Notes: generated by a model not told the origin, from the sequence alone. Positions 25,620 through 38,544 are shown, numbered from the whole stretch's first letter. The stretch: 45,978 bases of DNA, filler included, from Jimgerdemannia flammicorona (GCA_003990765.1; 2 parts of 2 records of this genome joined end to end with filler, not necessarily neighbours in it); one strand, 5' to 3'. Translations and numbers: made by a program.

Positions 25620-26654
25620 CAGAGTAGTAACAGTTGCTTGTGTTGCTGTTCAGGGTTTTCAGTTGGGGCAGGCACTGGCCATGTGTTCTGTCTTTCGGTA
25701 ATAGAAGTATACTCCACTTCTTCGAAGTTCTTTCCTTTCTCCTTTGGTGAGTTTCTTGAAGATACTTGGCTAGGTGGGTTCGTGATTTCTGGGTGTCCAT
25801 GAGGTGGATGTAGAGGGAGCTTGGGATGCTTCATACTTGGGTTCTTATTTCTTAGTCCAAGTCTTTTCCTTATTGTTAAATTGTCTTTAGGGCAGAATTG
25901 GTCCAGCTGTTAGGATTTGCTTAACCATAGTCTTGATTCTTGCTAGGCACCATTATTGGTGATCACAACCAACTGGGTGGCCTTGTTCTCAGATTTTTCT
26001 AGTAAGTCATTCAGGCAGGACATCAAATAGATGGTCTGCTCTTATACCATTTTGTGCTTCATCATTGGTGATGTATCCTAGGCCAACAGTGTTCAGGAGT
26101 GACTTGAGTTTTATACAGAAGGTTTTGAATTCTTCTTTGCCATATATATCAAATTTGAGATTGTGGAGTTTTACTTGAGATTCAGCAATCATGATTTCGC
26201 TGCAGTATTGAGCAATCATGAGTTGTTTCAGTCCAGGAGCTGCAGGATGGGCTCCATATCCTGGGGCATTGTTTGCTGCATTCTGAGCAACTACTACAGG
26301 TTGAGTGTCCCATGTGAGGGATTTTTCAGGAAGGGTTTGCCACCATTCTTCAGCAGGTCCTCGGAAGAATATAACAACTCAGCAGACATAGGCTGTAGTA
26401 GTAGCAAAGAGTTGTTCCAGAGTGTGGTCTTGATTGTTTGTCAGAAGGTGGTTAGCAACTCACTCATTGATCCATTAATTGACTTCAAAGTTGGTATCAA
26501 CTATACTAATGAAGCTTTGGACTTCTTGTGCAGTACCATTGAAGGTAGATAGGCTCAGATTTTTGGTAGGTTGGGTCTGTTTAGCTAGGGCAGTAATGGT
26601 TGCTGCCATTATAGCTACTTGAGCTGTAAGATCTAGAATCTGTTGGTTTGCCAT
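25620..26654 (-). pseudogene. gag: gag of family A
   Basis: MANQQILDL...STFNGTAQEVQSFI...FRGPAEEWW; decayed knuckle YFYYRKTEHMASAC at ~25712-25670. Confidence 0.8.
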
Positions 26655-28111
26655 ATTGTTCACTGGAGGTGGTTGGACTATTGGTAGTAGTATTACTGGT
26701 ACTACTTGAGGTACTGGTGCAGTGTGTGAGAGTGTTCTTTGGGTCTGTGTAAGTTGCTAAAGTAATAGTTGTGGGTCTGGAGTGAGAGCTTGATAGATAG
26801 CTATTTGTTGCTATATAGGTGTATTCTGTCCTGATGGAGGTGCATCTCCTTTAGTAGTATATCTGGGATTGAATTCACTGAGATACTCCTCCTCCTCTTC
26901 AGTTTGGTCCATGTATAATTGGGTTTGTTCAGCATCAAAGTAGATAGAATTAGTTATATATCTGATTTCAGATGGACTTAATTCAAAGTCAAGTTCAGGT
27001 TCAGTGTTGGTTTCAGATTTAGGTAGGGTAGTAGCAGGGCCTGCTTCTGATTCAGGGTCTAGTAGTTGATGAAGGGTTTCTCTTACTTCTTCTTTAAGAA
27101 TATGGCAGGCCTTGTTGTTCTGGAATCGGTAATATAGTGCGGTCTTGGTCCTGGTACAGTGAAAGTCAGTAGAGTTGAGCCACTTGGCTACAGAGACTTG
27201 GGCTTCGTGAGAAACTAAGGCTAGAAAGACTGCTGCTGGTTGTCCTAGGTTACTCAGATTTGTAGAGCTGACAAAACTCTTATTGAGAAGAGTAAAGAAG
27301 GCTTCTATAAGACCTTCTTCATCTTGACTTGCTGGGTATAGTGCAAGGAGTTCGGTGAATAGAATTTCACCTATTTGCTGATTTAATCGGAGTACTTCTT
27401 TCTTTGAATGAAGTTTGTCCCACTTGTTGTAGATGTAGAGGTCAAATTGTCCTTATATGTCAGGTTCAATTCTCTCCAGATTGTCAGATAGTTCAGGATA
27501 AATTCCAGTTCAGAGGTTGGGCTTTATATCAATTTGTAGAAATTCATAGAAGGGTTTGTAGCAGAGTGAGGAAGCATCTTGAAGCAGAATTGGATTATAA
27601 ACTGCTACTATCAAGTTATAAGAGAGTTACTTTTTAGAGTAACCATTACATAGTTCTGGAAGGGTTTTCTGAAAGTTCTGGATATTCTGGAAGACCATTT
27701 TCTTATGGTCAAGATCAATTTCATATGGAGTACATCCTTTATGCTTATTGATTTCAAGATCAGGTTGATGTCTCAACCAAAGTCCTTTTTTGGACTAGTT
27801 CTAGATGTTCAGGATTTTCTGTATTTCAGGAAGTTCAAGAAACTAAGACTAGCTTAGTTGAATTGGCATATTGCTGCAGACAATACCCAATTAGGAAATT
27901 TCGTGATGGGGTTAGGAGTAGGACCTAATGGGGAGCAGATTTACTTAAGTGGTTTATGGGTTATTAAATAGGTTTATTTGCTATTTATGATATTGCTATA
28001 TTAGGAATAGTTATATAAAGGGATATTGTAGAAGTGCTCAAGAGTTGTGTTCGGATTGTTCAAGTCTTCAAGTCTGAGATTCTGAGGTCTGGGAGAGGGG
28101 GTATTTATACT

Positions 28112-29672
28112 CTCTTTCTCTGCTACCTTACTGGTCACAAGATTTGGTAGGTGACCTTCTGAGTCCCCTTTCCCCTATTATTACCCTCTCTACCTCAGGT
28201 TGGTTTGCTGTACCTGCAGGGATATGGTGAGAGAAGGGCAATGGTGATGAGTTGCCTCTTTATCAGTGTCAGATCAGTACTTCCTCTACTTTTTTGTAGA
28301 TTCTAGTGCCTTCAGCTATATCTGGGGTATACCTGTTTTAGTATGGCACCTTCTTTCTTTTGCCATTGCCAATGAGGAGTTGTCTCGGTATATCTCAGGC
28401 TATGTAAGGAGTTAGCTGACCTTGGGCATCAAGTGCTCAGTATAGATTATCTATAGGTCTTTGGTGTCTGTAGTAGGGCCCTCTGGCTTTGGCAAGCTTC
28501 CCAGCAAGCACAGTTCTGGTATAGGTGACTGCTTTTCAGGTGTTATTGGGATGGGAGGGGAGATGGCTATTACAGATAGGTGGAAGGGCAATAACAGTAA
28601 ACCAATAGGGTACCAGACTGGGGGCAGTCATTGAGGCTGGGGCAGGTACTGCTTCAGTGGGGCCTTTTGATTGGTGCAGTGCGGTTAGGTGGTAGGTGTC
28701 ACTCTCGGCTTCTTTTGGCAGTCAGCAGGGTTGGGCCCCAGTTGTCAGGGGGGGTCAGGGGACCTGAGGCTACCTATTTCAGATGTCTTGGCTGTACTCA
28801 ACTGGAACTGGAAGCTGACATGGCAACATGATCGAGGCCTGCAGGCTTGAGTAGTGGGGTATTGGGGGTAGTGCTCCCAATGAATTGAATCAAGGGTTCA
28901 ATTTGATTTGATTCAAATCAAATCAAAGGTCCAATTCGATTCAAAGTTTGATTTGAACCTTAATTTTCAAAATGTAATAACTCGACGAAAACTCATCCAA
29001 ATTTAACGTATTTTAGCTTGTTAGATTCACCGTATTAATGTGATTCTAACAAGCTAAAGTACGTTAGATTTGGATGAGTTTACGCTGAGTTATTGCATTT
29101 TGAAAATTAGGGTTCAAATCAGAACCTCAATTCAATTTGACTTTTGATTCGATTTGAATTAATTTGAATTGAAAAATCCCCAATTCGATTTGACTTATTT
29201 AACCCTCAATTCGATTCAATTCGAATTGATTGATTCGAATTGATTCGACTCATTTGGGAGCACTAATTGGGAGCTTCCTCTCACCTCATGTGTAAGTCCT
29301 TTACTCACCTTGACTGGGAGCCTATCCACTATGTTGTACTTTGATGAGGGTTTTTCTTTGCCTGTCATCCTCTTTGGGGTGGCAGGGGCTATTCTATTTG
29401 GCTCAGACATAGCCTTATATATACATTGAGTTCTCAGGTGTATGCTTTTGGTCATTGGCATATGGTTGGGTTTCCCCTGGTGGTAGGAAGAGTATGGTGT
29501 GTAGAATGAGGTGCGGGCCAACATAGGCCCTGCTGCACCTGGTATGGTTGAGCTGCTGGACAATAGCTAGTCTAGGTTAATGAGGGGGCAGTGCTTGGTA
29601 GGTGGTGGGGGAGGGTTTTGGCCTATATAGTCTAGATTTCCTTCCAATAAAATTCTACAGGACATGAGTCTA

Positions 29673-29700
<28 letters not shown>
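28112..29700 (+). mobile_element. Non-autonomous poly(A) retroelement copy 2, inserted at the LTR TATA box
   Basis: 17-bp TSD GAGGGGGTATTTATACT (28095-28111) / GAGAGGGTATTTATACT (29701-29717); AATAAA at ~29646; poly(A) ~29675-29700. Confidence 0.9.
28869..29265. mobile_element. hAT-type MITE 1 (397 bp)
   Basis: TIR TAGTGCTCCCAA; 8-bp TSD ATTGGGGG / ATTGGGAG; TTCGAT-like subterminal repeats. The empty site is in copy 1 at ~416-423. Confidence 0.9.
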
Positions 29701-29704
<4 letters not shown>

Positions 29705-29904
29705 GGGTATTTATACTAGTGAGGGGCTATCTGGGCTATACTAGATATGGATGTAGCACTAAGTGCCTTGCTGAGTCAGAATGCAGTCATATAGTACAAG
29801 TATGATCTGACATATCAAGAGATCGTCTGACTGCTGAGTCAGTTCACAGTCATATCATATAAGACTAATCTAACTATACTATGACTGCTAAGCTATTTAT
29901 AGGT

Positions 29905-31002
29905 TTAGATGCTGTCTGGGTAGTCTTTGATGACATCACTATCAATTGCATTATCTCTGATGAAGTAGTCATCTAGGAAGAGTGGTTCACAGATTACTTC
30001 TCCTTGTTTACTAAGATAATAATACATTGGAACTTTGTCTCTGTCCCATTAGATGGCATCGTCAGTTTCATATGCTGGGTAAGATGTTGGCAGGTGAAGG
30101 AGGGGTGCATCATCTTCGCTTTCATCAGATTTGCTGTTTGTATACCTTCTGTAGATTATAGTACTATAAGTCGCAGGGTTGTAGTAAGCTGGTAGCTGTG
30201 GTTCATATCATTCGTACTCAGGTAGTGGAGTTGTTGGTTCGATCTCGAGAGTTGTTTGAAGGTACAGATTGTGTTCTCTGGTCTCTTCATTGTAGTTGAA
30301 GTAATTAGGGGTGAATGTGGGTTGGTATTTATGCTAATGGTCATTGTTCCAATAGATCTCATAGGTAGTTATAAACTATTGTAAGTTCATCGGCAAGATT
30401 GGTGGTGTGATCAGGGTTGGCAGGGATCCTTGGCTTGAGGTCATGTTGGCATCAGAGGGATCATTGTCTTCTGCTTCATCTTCATCAAATCAGATTATGT
30501 TATAAACATCCTTCATAGTGTATCTGACTTGAGGCATTTGCAGAATATGGTCATCAGAATGTAGGAAGGTTCTGTCTGTGGTTTCAACATATTCGAGGTA
30601 CTTGTGGTTGAGTTCTTGGATCATGTCATCGATTTGGCTATAGGACAGAGTAGTAACCATTTTGCTGGTAGTAACTCAGAGGTGGGAAATAAAGGTGCTG
30701 TACTCGTAGAAGAGTTCTCGATGTTTGCAGGCGATGAGCTTCTAATGTTGAGATATCTGGGTAATGTCCATATCATAGTGGTGTTTGACCATATCTTCTA
30801 GGAGACAGCCAATCTGGTAGTAGCTTGAGATTTATCTGATTCAGTGGATCTTATTAAGCATGTTCAGGGCATTCTATTAGGCTTTCACGAAGTAGAGGGG
30901 TACTAGGCTATGGATATTCATGAGGGGCAGAGGGAGTGTGGCTCAGTTGACAATTGCATTCCAAATGTCAGTATGGATGCAGTTATAGATCTCAGTAGTC
31001 AT
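29905..31002 (-). pseudogene. Second full-length copy of the family A U3 ORF
   Basis: ATG at 31002 to TAA at 29905; same 1098-nt span as 43685-42588. Confidence 0.7.
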
Positions 31003-32150
31003 ATTTGTATATGTTTAGAAGTTGTAGTTATTATTTGTTTTGGTTCTCTGTTTTGATGTGTCTTGGTACTTGATATATATGTATTTTGTTCTGATTGGTA
31101 AGATTCTGTTTGTGTGAATCTTATATTCTGTGACTTTGTGTTGACTCAGCTTTGTGTACTGTGACTTTAGTTTAACTTAGCTTCATGATCATGCAGGTGA
31201 TTTCCAAATTTGTTCAGAGGTTGCATGTGATTTCAGTGGCTTGTTCAGAGGGTGACATGTGATTTCAGTGGCTTAGAGGTTGTGTGCTTACAATACTTAT
31301 AATTAATTTTATAATAAAAAATTACACTTTAATATCACAATAATAATATATATATTACTAAATATAATATTATTAGATTTATATTACCAGTAATATTATA
31401 TACTAGAAAACTCAATAATATTAATAAGATCATAGCAATTCTATACTGATTTCAGTCTATAATAGTATAAGAATACTTATAAATTTTAGACTTAAGTTAG
31501 AATTTTACAAAACTGAAACATAGGTCAAGCAGTTCTTAAGTTCTTAAAATACTTATTAATAAAAAAGGTCTCAGATATAAGATATAGTGATCTGAGTATA
31601 GTATTTTCTTTATTAGATTTGTGAGAGACTTAGCAATCTCAGATAAGTTTCTGATAAAGCAGTAGTAATAACTGGGCTAAGCCAAGAAAAGATCTGAATT
31701 CTATAAGATTTGCTAGTTCTGACTATTTTTAAAATACCTTTATCTTGTAGTAAAGACAATATAGCTAAGATATTTGACTTATTCCTTCTTGAGCTTTATA
31801 TATTACTTTGACCGGTCTTGGCATCTAGACGAGCCCTGGAGCAAGAGCTAAACCAAGCTCCCTGTTAAGGAAAGAGAAATGTGTGATAGTAATAACAAAA
31901 ACCCCGCTTGTTATACACCTTAAACGAATATCCCATCCCTTATTCCGATTGATATGTAAGCCCTCGTGGTTAATAGTAGTCGGATTCGTAAGTAAAATTT
32001 TGTTCTCTTGGTCAACCATTATTTGCATTAGACATAATATAAAATGCGCAGCAGCTATAAACAGTGGCGATATATACGTTGAGAACGAGAAATGGCAGAC
32101 CAGCGAGGATATATAAACATGCATGTCACCCACTCTATCGCAACCCCAAC

Positions 32151-35100
32151 TCAAAATGGACCAGGCCCACCCGGCGGCACCCTTATAATGGCCCACCTCT
32201 CCTCGTACCCTGCCCACGCTGTCCACCCAAGCTCCGTGACGATCTCAAGCCTCAGCACCCACACCTTCTTGAGGTCCTTGCCGTTCTCGCCGGTGACCCC
32301 CGAGTCGGCCAGGAACTTGTTCAATGCCTTGAGTGCATTCCCCGCGCGGCCGGCACGGCGCTCGCGGTTCACGTACAAGAACAGGGTGCGCAGATCGGTC
32401 GCCGAGGAGGCCGCGGTGTCGAGCCACTGCTGCATGGCCGCGTAAGTGTCGTCGAATTCCTGCCGCGTAGCGGAGGAAAGCGACCAGAGCGCGATAGACT
32501 TGCTTCGCAGGGCGTACACGACCAGCTGTTTCTTCTTGTCATTGTCTTTCTTGATCTGCTTCTTCGTCTTGCCGGAGTCTACAGAGGCGCTCGACGAGAT
32601 TGGGGGGGCACCGTCGATCTGCTTGATGCCGTAAAATGTCGCAAGGTCCTTGAGGTTGATGGCGGCGAGGATGCGATCGGCCACGATGACGACTTCTTCG
32701 GCCTTCTCGGCCGCGAGCGGGGTCAAGCCGTCGGCACCATTCATGTGGATTTCGAGCTGCGCCTCGAGCACAGGGAGTGTGGACGTGTACGAAAGTTCAT
32801 CGAGCGCAGTGAGAAGCTTGGCGCGTGCGGGGGAGCTGGCGGGGAGCTTCTTGAGGTGAGAGAGCTGGATATCGCGAATGGCGTCGGCGAGCTTCTGCGC
32901 GAGCTCTTCTTCCTTCTCGGCCTCACTCTTGGTAGCACTTGCCCCGTTGACATCGCCGTCGGACGGGCTGATCTGCTTGGGTTTGACGGGCTCTGGGGGG
33001 ACAACATGCAGAGCCCTGTATTGGCCGCCGTCGACCCTTTTGGAGTTGATGAAGGTCAGGTTGCCGACGAGCAGGTCGCCGGCCTTGGCATCCTTAGGGT
33101 AGCTGGAGTAGTCATTGGGCGCGGCGAAGAAGACGGGCTTACGCTGGCCCTTGTCTAGGGAGGTCTTACCGAAGGTCGACTTCTTGCTGTTGTAAACGTC
33201 ACCGATGGTCTTGTGGGTATCAAAGGAGATCGACTTGGAGAGCGAGAAATCGAGCTGGCAGATAATATCGCGCATGCGATCGAGCACTTCCTCGCTGTCC
33301 GACGTGACTTGCCAACGGACTGTGTAGTCACCCTTGGTGTCGATTTTAACATTCTTGAGGTAGATATCCAAGTTAGCGATGACCCTGTTGTTGGCATCAT
33401 AAACTGTTTGGTATAACAATGTCGAGCAATTGGGGTATGATCGCAGGTGAGCATCCAGTAAAATAATCTCAAAACGTCAACAGTAGTAACGTTATTTCGA
33501 AATGACATGACCTACCCACGCCAAGCACGCCCGCCACAAAGTGATCGTATAATTGATTCTGCAGCGCTGGAATTCCGGGGGTGACGGTAACCGGATCCGA
33601 AACACGGAACGGGTATGTCAAATGGAGGCCATAGATCTGGCGGCCATCGGGAAGAACATCGCGATGAGCGCTGAGAGGACGAAGCGTGACCTCCGTGGGG
33701 CGGATAAACTTGCGCAGCGTGTCTGAAATGGAACGACCCAGATTGGTTTCAGTCACAGGAATGAGTGTGACTTGCCCTATAAATAACATACGACAAAATC
33801 CATTATAACCTACCGAATGACACCCTCGGGTTCACCTCATCCTCCCTCCGAATCGATGCCACAATATCCAGCCTAGAAAGTGTGCCAAGGTAAATTGCAC
33901 CCCCAGCATCGGCAACGCTACCGGCAAGTTGGATACCATGGAAGGACACCTCGAGATCGACTACATGGTTACCAAGGCTGGACCAAAACTGCGCCAAGGC
34001 AAACTGGTAAAAAATGGTGTGTAACGTCAATCAGTATAATGTTTCTGGAAGTATATGGCGTGTATCCTTCGCGTGTAATGGCAATCCTGCACAACTCCTC
34101 CAACCCAATCCAAATAGCTCAACCAACCCACCTCGATAGTCAGACCGCTTTTCACAGCGAGCCTGCGCGTTTCGATCTGTTCCTCCGCGTGAGCCTCACC
34201 GTAGGATCCCTTCCCGACCGTGAAGGCATATTCGATCTTGCCCTTGTGGCTCTTTAGCGGCACGAGCTGAAGGACGTGAAGGTAGAAGCCAGCGGGCACG
34301 ATCGCTTGCCCAGGCAACGACCTCACTGTGACGTCTACATAACACATCCACGAAATCGTGCACGTCAGCAAAACTAAGGTTACCGTGCACCAATTAAACA
34401 GACTCGAATATCTACATGTACCTACCGACAAACGTAGCGCCATCCGGCACCCTCACGAACCTCCGGTTGATCGTCCCAGGACCGTATTGCAACGACGAGA
34501 ACCGCAGGGTAGGATTCGTCGTAGTGTCAAGGGGTTTGGCAACGAAAACCGGAACGGAGAACAAGGGCCCGCGCGCAGGGCACGTCGAGTCGTAGCCCAG
34601 GATTTCGGCGGAGTAGAACTGGCCGGCAGTGAGTTGCGTTGGATCGACCTTGATGCCGAAGGAACGGCCTGCGATTTGTTAGAAGGTATTTTTCACCTTG
34701 AGAAAGCTTCACTTTATGGCCTTGCCGTTCGTAACAGACTTCCAGAAGATACCCTTTAACCCCTCCCTCCCACTTCTCAACTAATCCACTCACCTCCATT
34801 GTGCAGATACAAAAAATCCGGCGCCCTAACCCAGGTCTCAGTGGACACGAGCGTGATCCGACTCTCGAACGCGACCTTCTCCTCGTTGCGATCCCCCGTC
34901 GTGGGCTCTAGATCGCGCATGAAGGTCGATTCGACAAAGGCATTGAGATGGTGCGTGCGGTTGCACTCGTCGTGTCCGCGGAGGTACACACCGCGAGCGT
35001 TATCGCGGTCGAGGATGGAGATCTGGGGAAAAGAGATCAAAGATGTTAAAGCCGGTTGTATATGGCTGCTAGCTATGACATTGCGATTTCCCATCACAGT

Positions 35101-37952
35101 CATTCCCTAGCCCCCATCTTCCACGCCAGCTTACCTGGAACAAGATATCCATCTCCGGCCTCTCATAATACGTCTGCAAATAATCCCACGCCCTGTCCAC
35201 CTGAATGAACCCGACCCCCAACGGGTCGTCGACCGACTTCGCCGTATTCACCACTGCCGTCTTAATCCTATACGGCGCGAACCCCTGCTTCTGGGCCCTC
35301 AATCCGGACACCAGCAACGCGACACACCCGCACGCATTGGGACTGGACATGCTCGTCCCGTTCTTAAGCATAAACTTGGCCAGCCCGTACAAGGGCACGC
35401 TCGTGATGGCAGACCCGGGCGCAAATATATCCACGCCGGGGTATCCGTCCACAGTGGGCCCGCGCGAGGACCAAGTGAAGGGGTTCTCGGGCACGGCATC
35501 GAGCAGAGCGTACTCGGCTTGCATCTGCGAGTGCTTGACGTAAGCGCCTACCGTGATTAGGCCGGCCCACATGCCGGCGGGGGCGCCAATGGACGAGAGC
35601 GTTGGGCCGTCGTTACTGGCCGACGTCACGAACACGCAGCCGTGCTTGCCTACCGCCTCGCGTGCGAGTTGCTCTATGAAGTAGCCTGAGGTTGGGTTGC
35701 CCGACGCCTCGCCGTAGGACATGTTGGCCAAATCGCACCTGTGCGCCGCGAGGGCGCTCGCCGCGCGGGTGAGGCTTATGCCGGTTTCCATGGAGACTGT
35801 GGATGGTTGGTTGAGTGACGCACAATGAGACCATAGGTTGAAAAGTGACATTCATTGATGGACATTTCTGTCATCCTCATGAAACTATATACAGTGTCCA
35901 TACACTACACGAGCTTACTTACCAAGGCGGTTATCACCAATCTTCAACGACACAAGCTGTGCACCGGGCGCAATCTAAACCGCCAATCGTGACCAAGGAA
36001 AATCGAACTTTTAGTCATCGTCCCCTTTATGCTATCATTTCTTTTCCAATGCACCAATTACCCACGGCCTCATTGAACACCCGACACACTTACGCCGTTC
36101 AGCATAGGTTCGTCGGGGAAATTGGCGGCGGTGATGCCAGACACGTGCGTTCCGTGGCAATTGGCCATCGTGACGATACTGGAGAGCAGAGAGATTGCAG
36201 ATCAAAGAAAGGAATCAAAAAGTATTATTATCGTAGAAAAACAATACGAATGACTGCGTCCCAAAAGTATGGCGATTCAGCCTCTCAAAACTTTCATTTT
36301 GGCACAGCTTACCTGAGCAAGTCGCCGTCATCATAAATATTCACAGAGAAATCCAGCAGATCCTCCTTACCGAATCGGTGGTACTTGAGCTCCGTACGGT
36401 AATCCGTGAGAGTGGGTTGCTCTGAAAAAGATCGTTTCAAGTAAAAAGAACGTGGATTGAGCCATAATATTTCACCGTCAAACGAGCATTCCTTCGAAAA
36501 TAAAAAAGAAATCTCTTCTCCCCTTGCCCATCCATCTACCCACCCCTAAGATCCCCCGTCTCCTCGACATCGACGACGGCCCTCCAGTGCTGTCCGTCGT
36601 GGAAGACGACGCAGTCGAAGATCATACCCGGGTCGTCGTAACTCTTCATCCAATCCTTGAGCACGCCGACGCGGGCCTCGAGGTCCGCGCGCACCTGCAG
36701 CTCCTCCGCGGGGGCCGTGCTCGACGAGGCGTGCGCCCGATCCCACGCCGCCAGCGCAGAGGCCGCCGAGGTATAATGCCGGTGATGTTCTAGCTCGAAC
36801 TTCTCACGGCGTTCCTGGGTGGGTGAATCGGTTGATGGGCAGGATATTAAGCGAAAATCCGTAATATTTTTACTTTGTTCATCCTTACTCATTGGCAACA
36901 TGACTACCTAACTCATAACTTCCATTTGCGAAGGTCTTCCTTCTCCCCATCACACTCCCGAACCTTTCCTCCACATCCCCTCTCCCGTTCCCTACTCCAC
37001 CCACCTGTTTCAACCTCGCGACCAACCTCTCCGGGAACAGGTGGTATGCGGGCTTCACACCGAGCCTATACTCGCCCGATGGGTTTGCCCAGCTAGCGTT
37101 TACGATTAGCGTGCGACCGGACAGGCCCTGCAGCGTGAGCAGGTCCGCCTCGTCGCCCACGTCCTTGACGACGGGCTTGGCGATCGTCGTCGTCACCACG
37201 TCGCCTGAAATCGTTTAGGTGTCAGTACTGACATCCGAGAGGAATGTGGAAGCTCGGGTATAGCCTCGTGAGTAAATCCAAATCCTCGTTACGAGTGAAA
37301 GGGATACAAACCGGATCCAGTGCAGTCTACGATGTCAATGATCTTAGGCTTGCCGTCTGTGGTGACCTGATGCGAAATGTACAAAGAGAAGTCAGCCAAT
37401 GTTTGGTTACCCGCGAAGATATTCGCGGGAGGCGCTCCACCGTATCCCTATCCTGGTGCATAACAGAATATCCACGCGTCCTGCGGCCTCATTTGAGTAT
37501 ACATAGTGAGATATCCCTCGCGTGCGACTGTGCCACTTTGAATAATGCTCCAACTGTCTGATGCTCCGCCCTTGAACCGAATGCTGTAACTCGTGTGTCA
37601 TGGAGATAGAACATACCTGCAAACCAGCTGCGCCAGGGTCAATACCTGCAATACCATAAGAGTCATAAGAGTGAAAGTTGAGTTTGGTAGCATCAACGCA
37701 CTTTGGCCAAGCTCCTCCTGAGCCTCTCAACCCAAACCACATAATTACATTCAACTCTCCCCCAACTAACACGCCTCCTCCACACCTCATCAACTCACCC
37801 GTATCCAAAATAGCAATCACGGTCCCCCGCCCGTCAAACTCTGGGTGCTTCTTGAGGAACGCGGCAGCCTCGGTATCTTCCTTCGGGAGGAGCCCACTGG
37901 CGGGAAACTCTGGGATCGGTCTGGAGGGTCTGGTAGACTTAATGTTCGTCAT
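32151..37952 (-). CDS. TPP2: Tripeptidyl-peptidase II (peptidase S8), 15 exons, 1313 aa. Exons: 37952-37799, 37645-37617, 37366-37312, 37204-37005, 36814-36544, 36421-36313, 36178-36094, 35974-35923, 35796-35135, 35022-34794, 34668-34426, 34334-34132, 34003-33814, 33722-33516, 33403-32151
   Basis: FPASGLLPKEDT...FDGRGTVIAILDTGIDPGA; catalytic D (LDTG), H (HGTHV), S (GTSMSSP); FTWSSRGP. All introns are GT-AG, phases are compatible and exons sum to 3942 nt. Confidence 0.96.
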
Positions 37953-38086
37953 GATTCTCGTTTACCGTCGTATGAAGTTGTTCTCTGGCGAATTTTGTAC
38001 CCCCGGGTCACGCGTCACGACCTCCTCGTGACTTACCGCGCGAGCTTTAGCCGAGGTTATTGGACTGACTTGTTGTTATTTATTAG

Positions 38087-38544
38087 TAGTGCTCCGAACG
38101 AGTCAATTTAACCCGATTGGATCCCATTCGAATCAACGATTGTTTTGATTTCCAAATTAGACAATTAAATGTTTACATCAATAACTTGATGAATAATCAT
38201 CCAATTTTGATAATATTGGTGTCATTTGAAAGCTCTTAATAAGGCCTTTCTAATAATACAAAGAACATTAAAATCAGATTACGCGTTGCCGAGCTATTAA
38301 GGAAAATGTTCTTTTGAAGAAATTTCCAAAATTGGCAATCCAAAATTGGTGAGTCAGATGTTTTCCTTGATAACTTAGCAACATATGATCCAATTTCAAT
38401 GTTCTTGGTATCAAGATCATCAAAATTGGATGATTATTCATTGAATTATTGATGTAAATATTTAATTGTCTAATTTGAAAATCAAAATAATGGTTGATTC
38501 AAATTAATCTGGATGGAATTCAAATTTGATCATTTAGAGTACTA
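38087..38544. mobile_element. hAT-type MITE 2 (458 bp), 135 bp upstream of the TPP2 ATG
   Basis: TIR TAGTGCTCCGAACGA / TCATTTAGAGTACTA; 8-bp TSD TTTATTAG / TTTATTAA; >100-bp inverted arms. Confidence 0.88.

Larger units (their letters stand above)
23912..31292 (-). mobile_element. Internally deleted family A element: 5' LTR 31292-27617, gag-dUTPase-PR-partial chromodomain, PPT, part of the 3' LTR (24228-23912)
   Basis: LTR ends at 31292 and 27617; degenerate PBS-like TTGATAGTAGCAG next to 27617; PPT AAGAAGGGGAGAGT at 24229-24242. No RT, RNase H or integrase. Confidence 0.9.

Noticed and set aside
29120..29250. TTCGA(A)TT short repeats as a CRISPR-like array
   Set aside because: Irregular MITE subterminal repeats with no spacers or cas genes, in a eukaryotic context.
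22806..31292. One continuous family A element spanning the gap
   Set aside because: Flanks TTAGG and ATACT do not form a TSD, and a gap intervenes.
32064..33158. 364-aa plus-strand ORF
   Set aside because: Antisense shadow of the GC-rich last TPP2 exon; no motifs.
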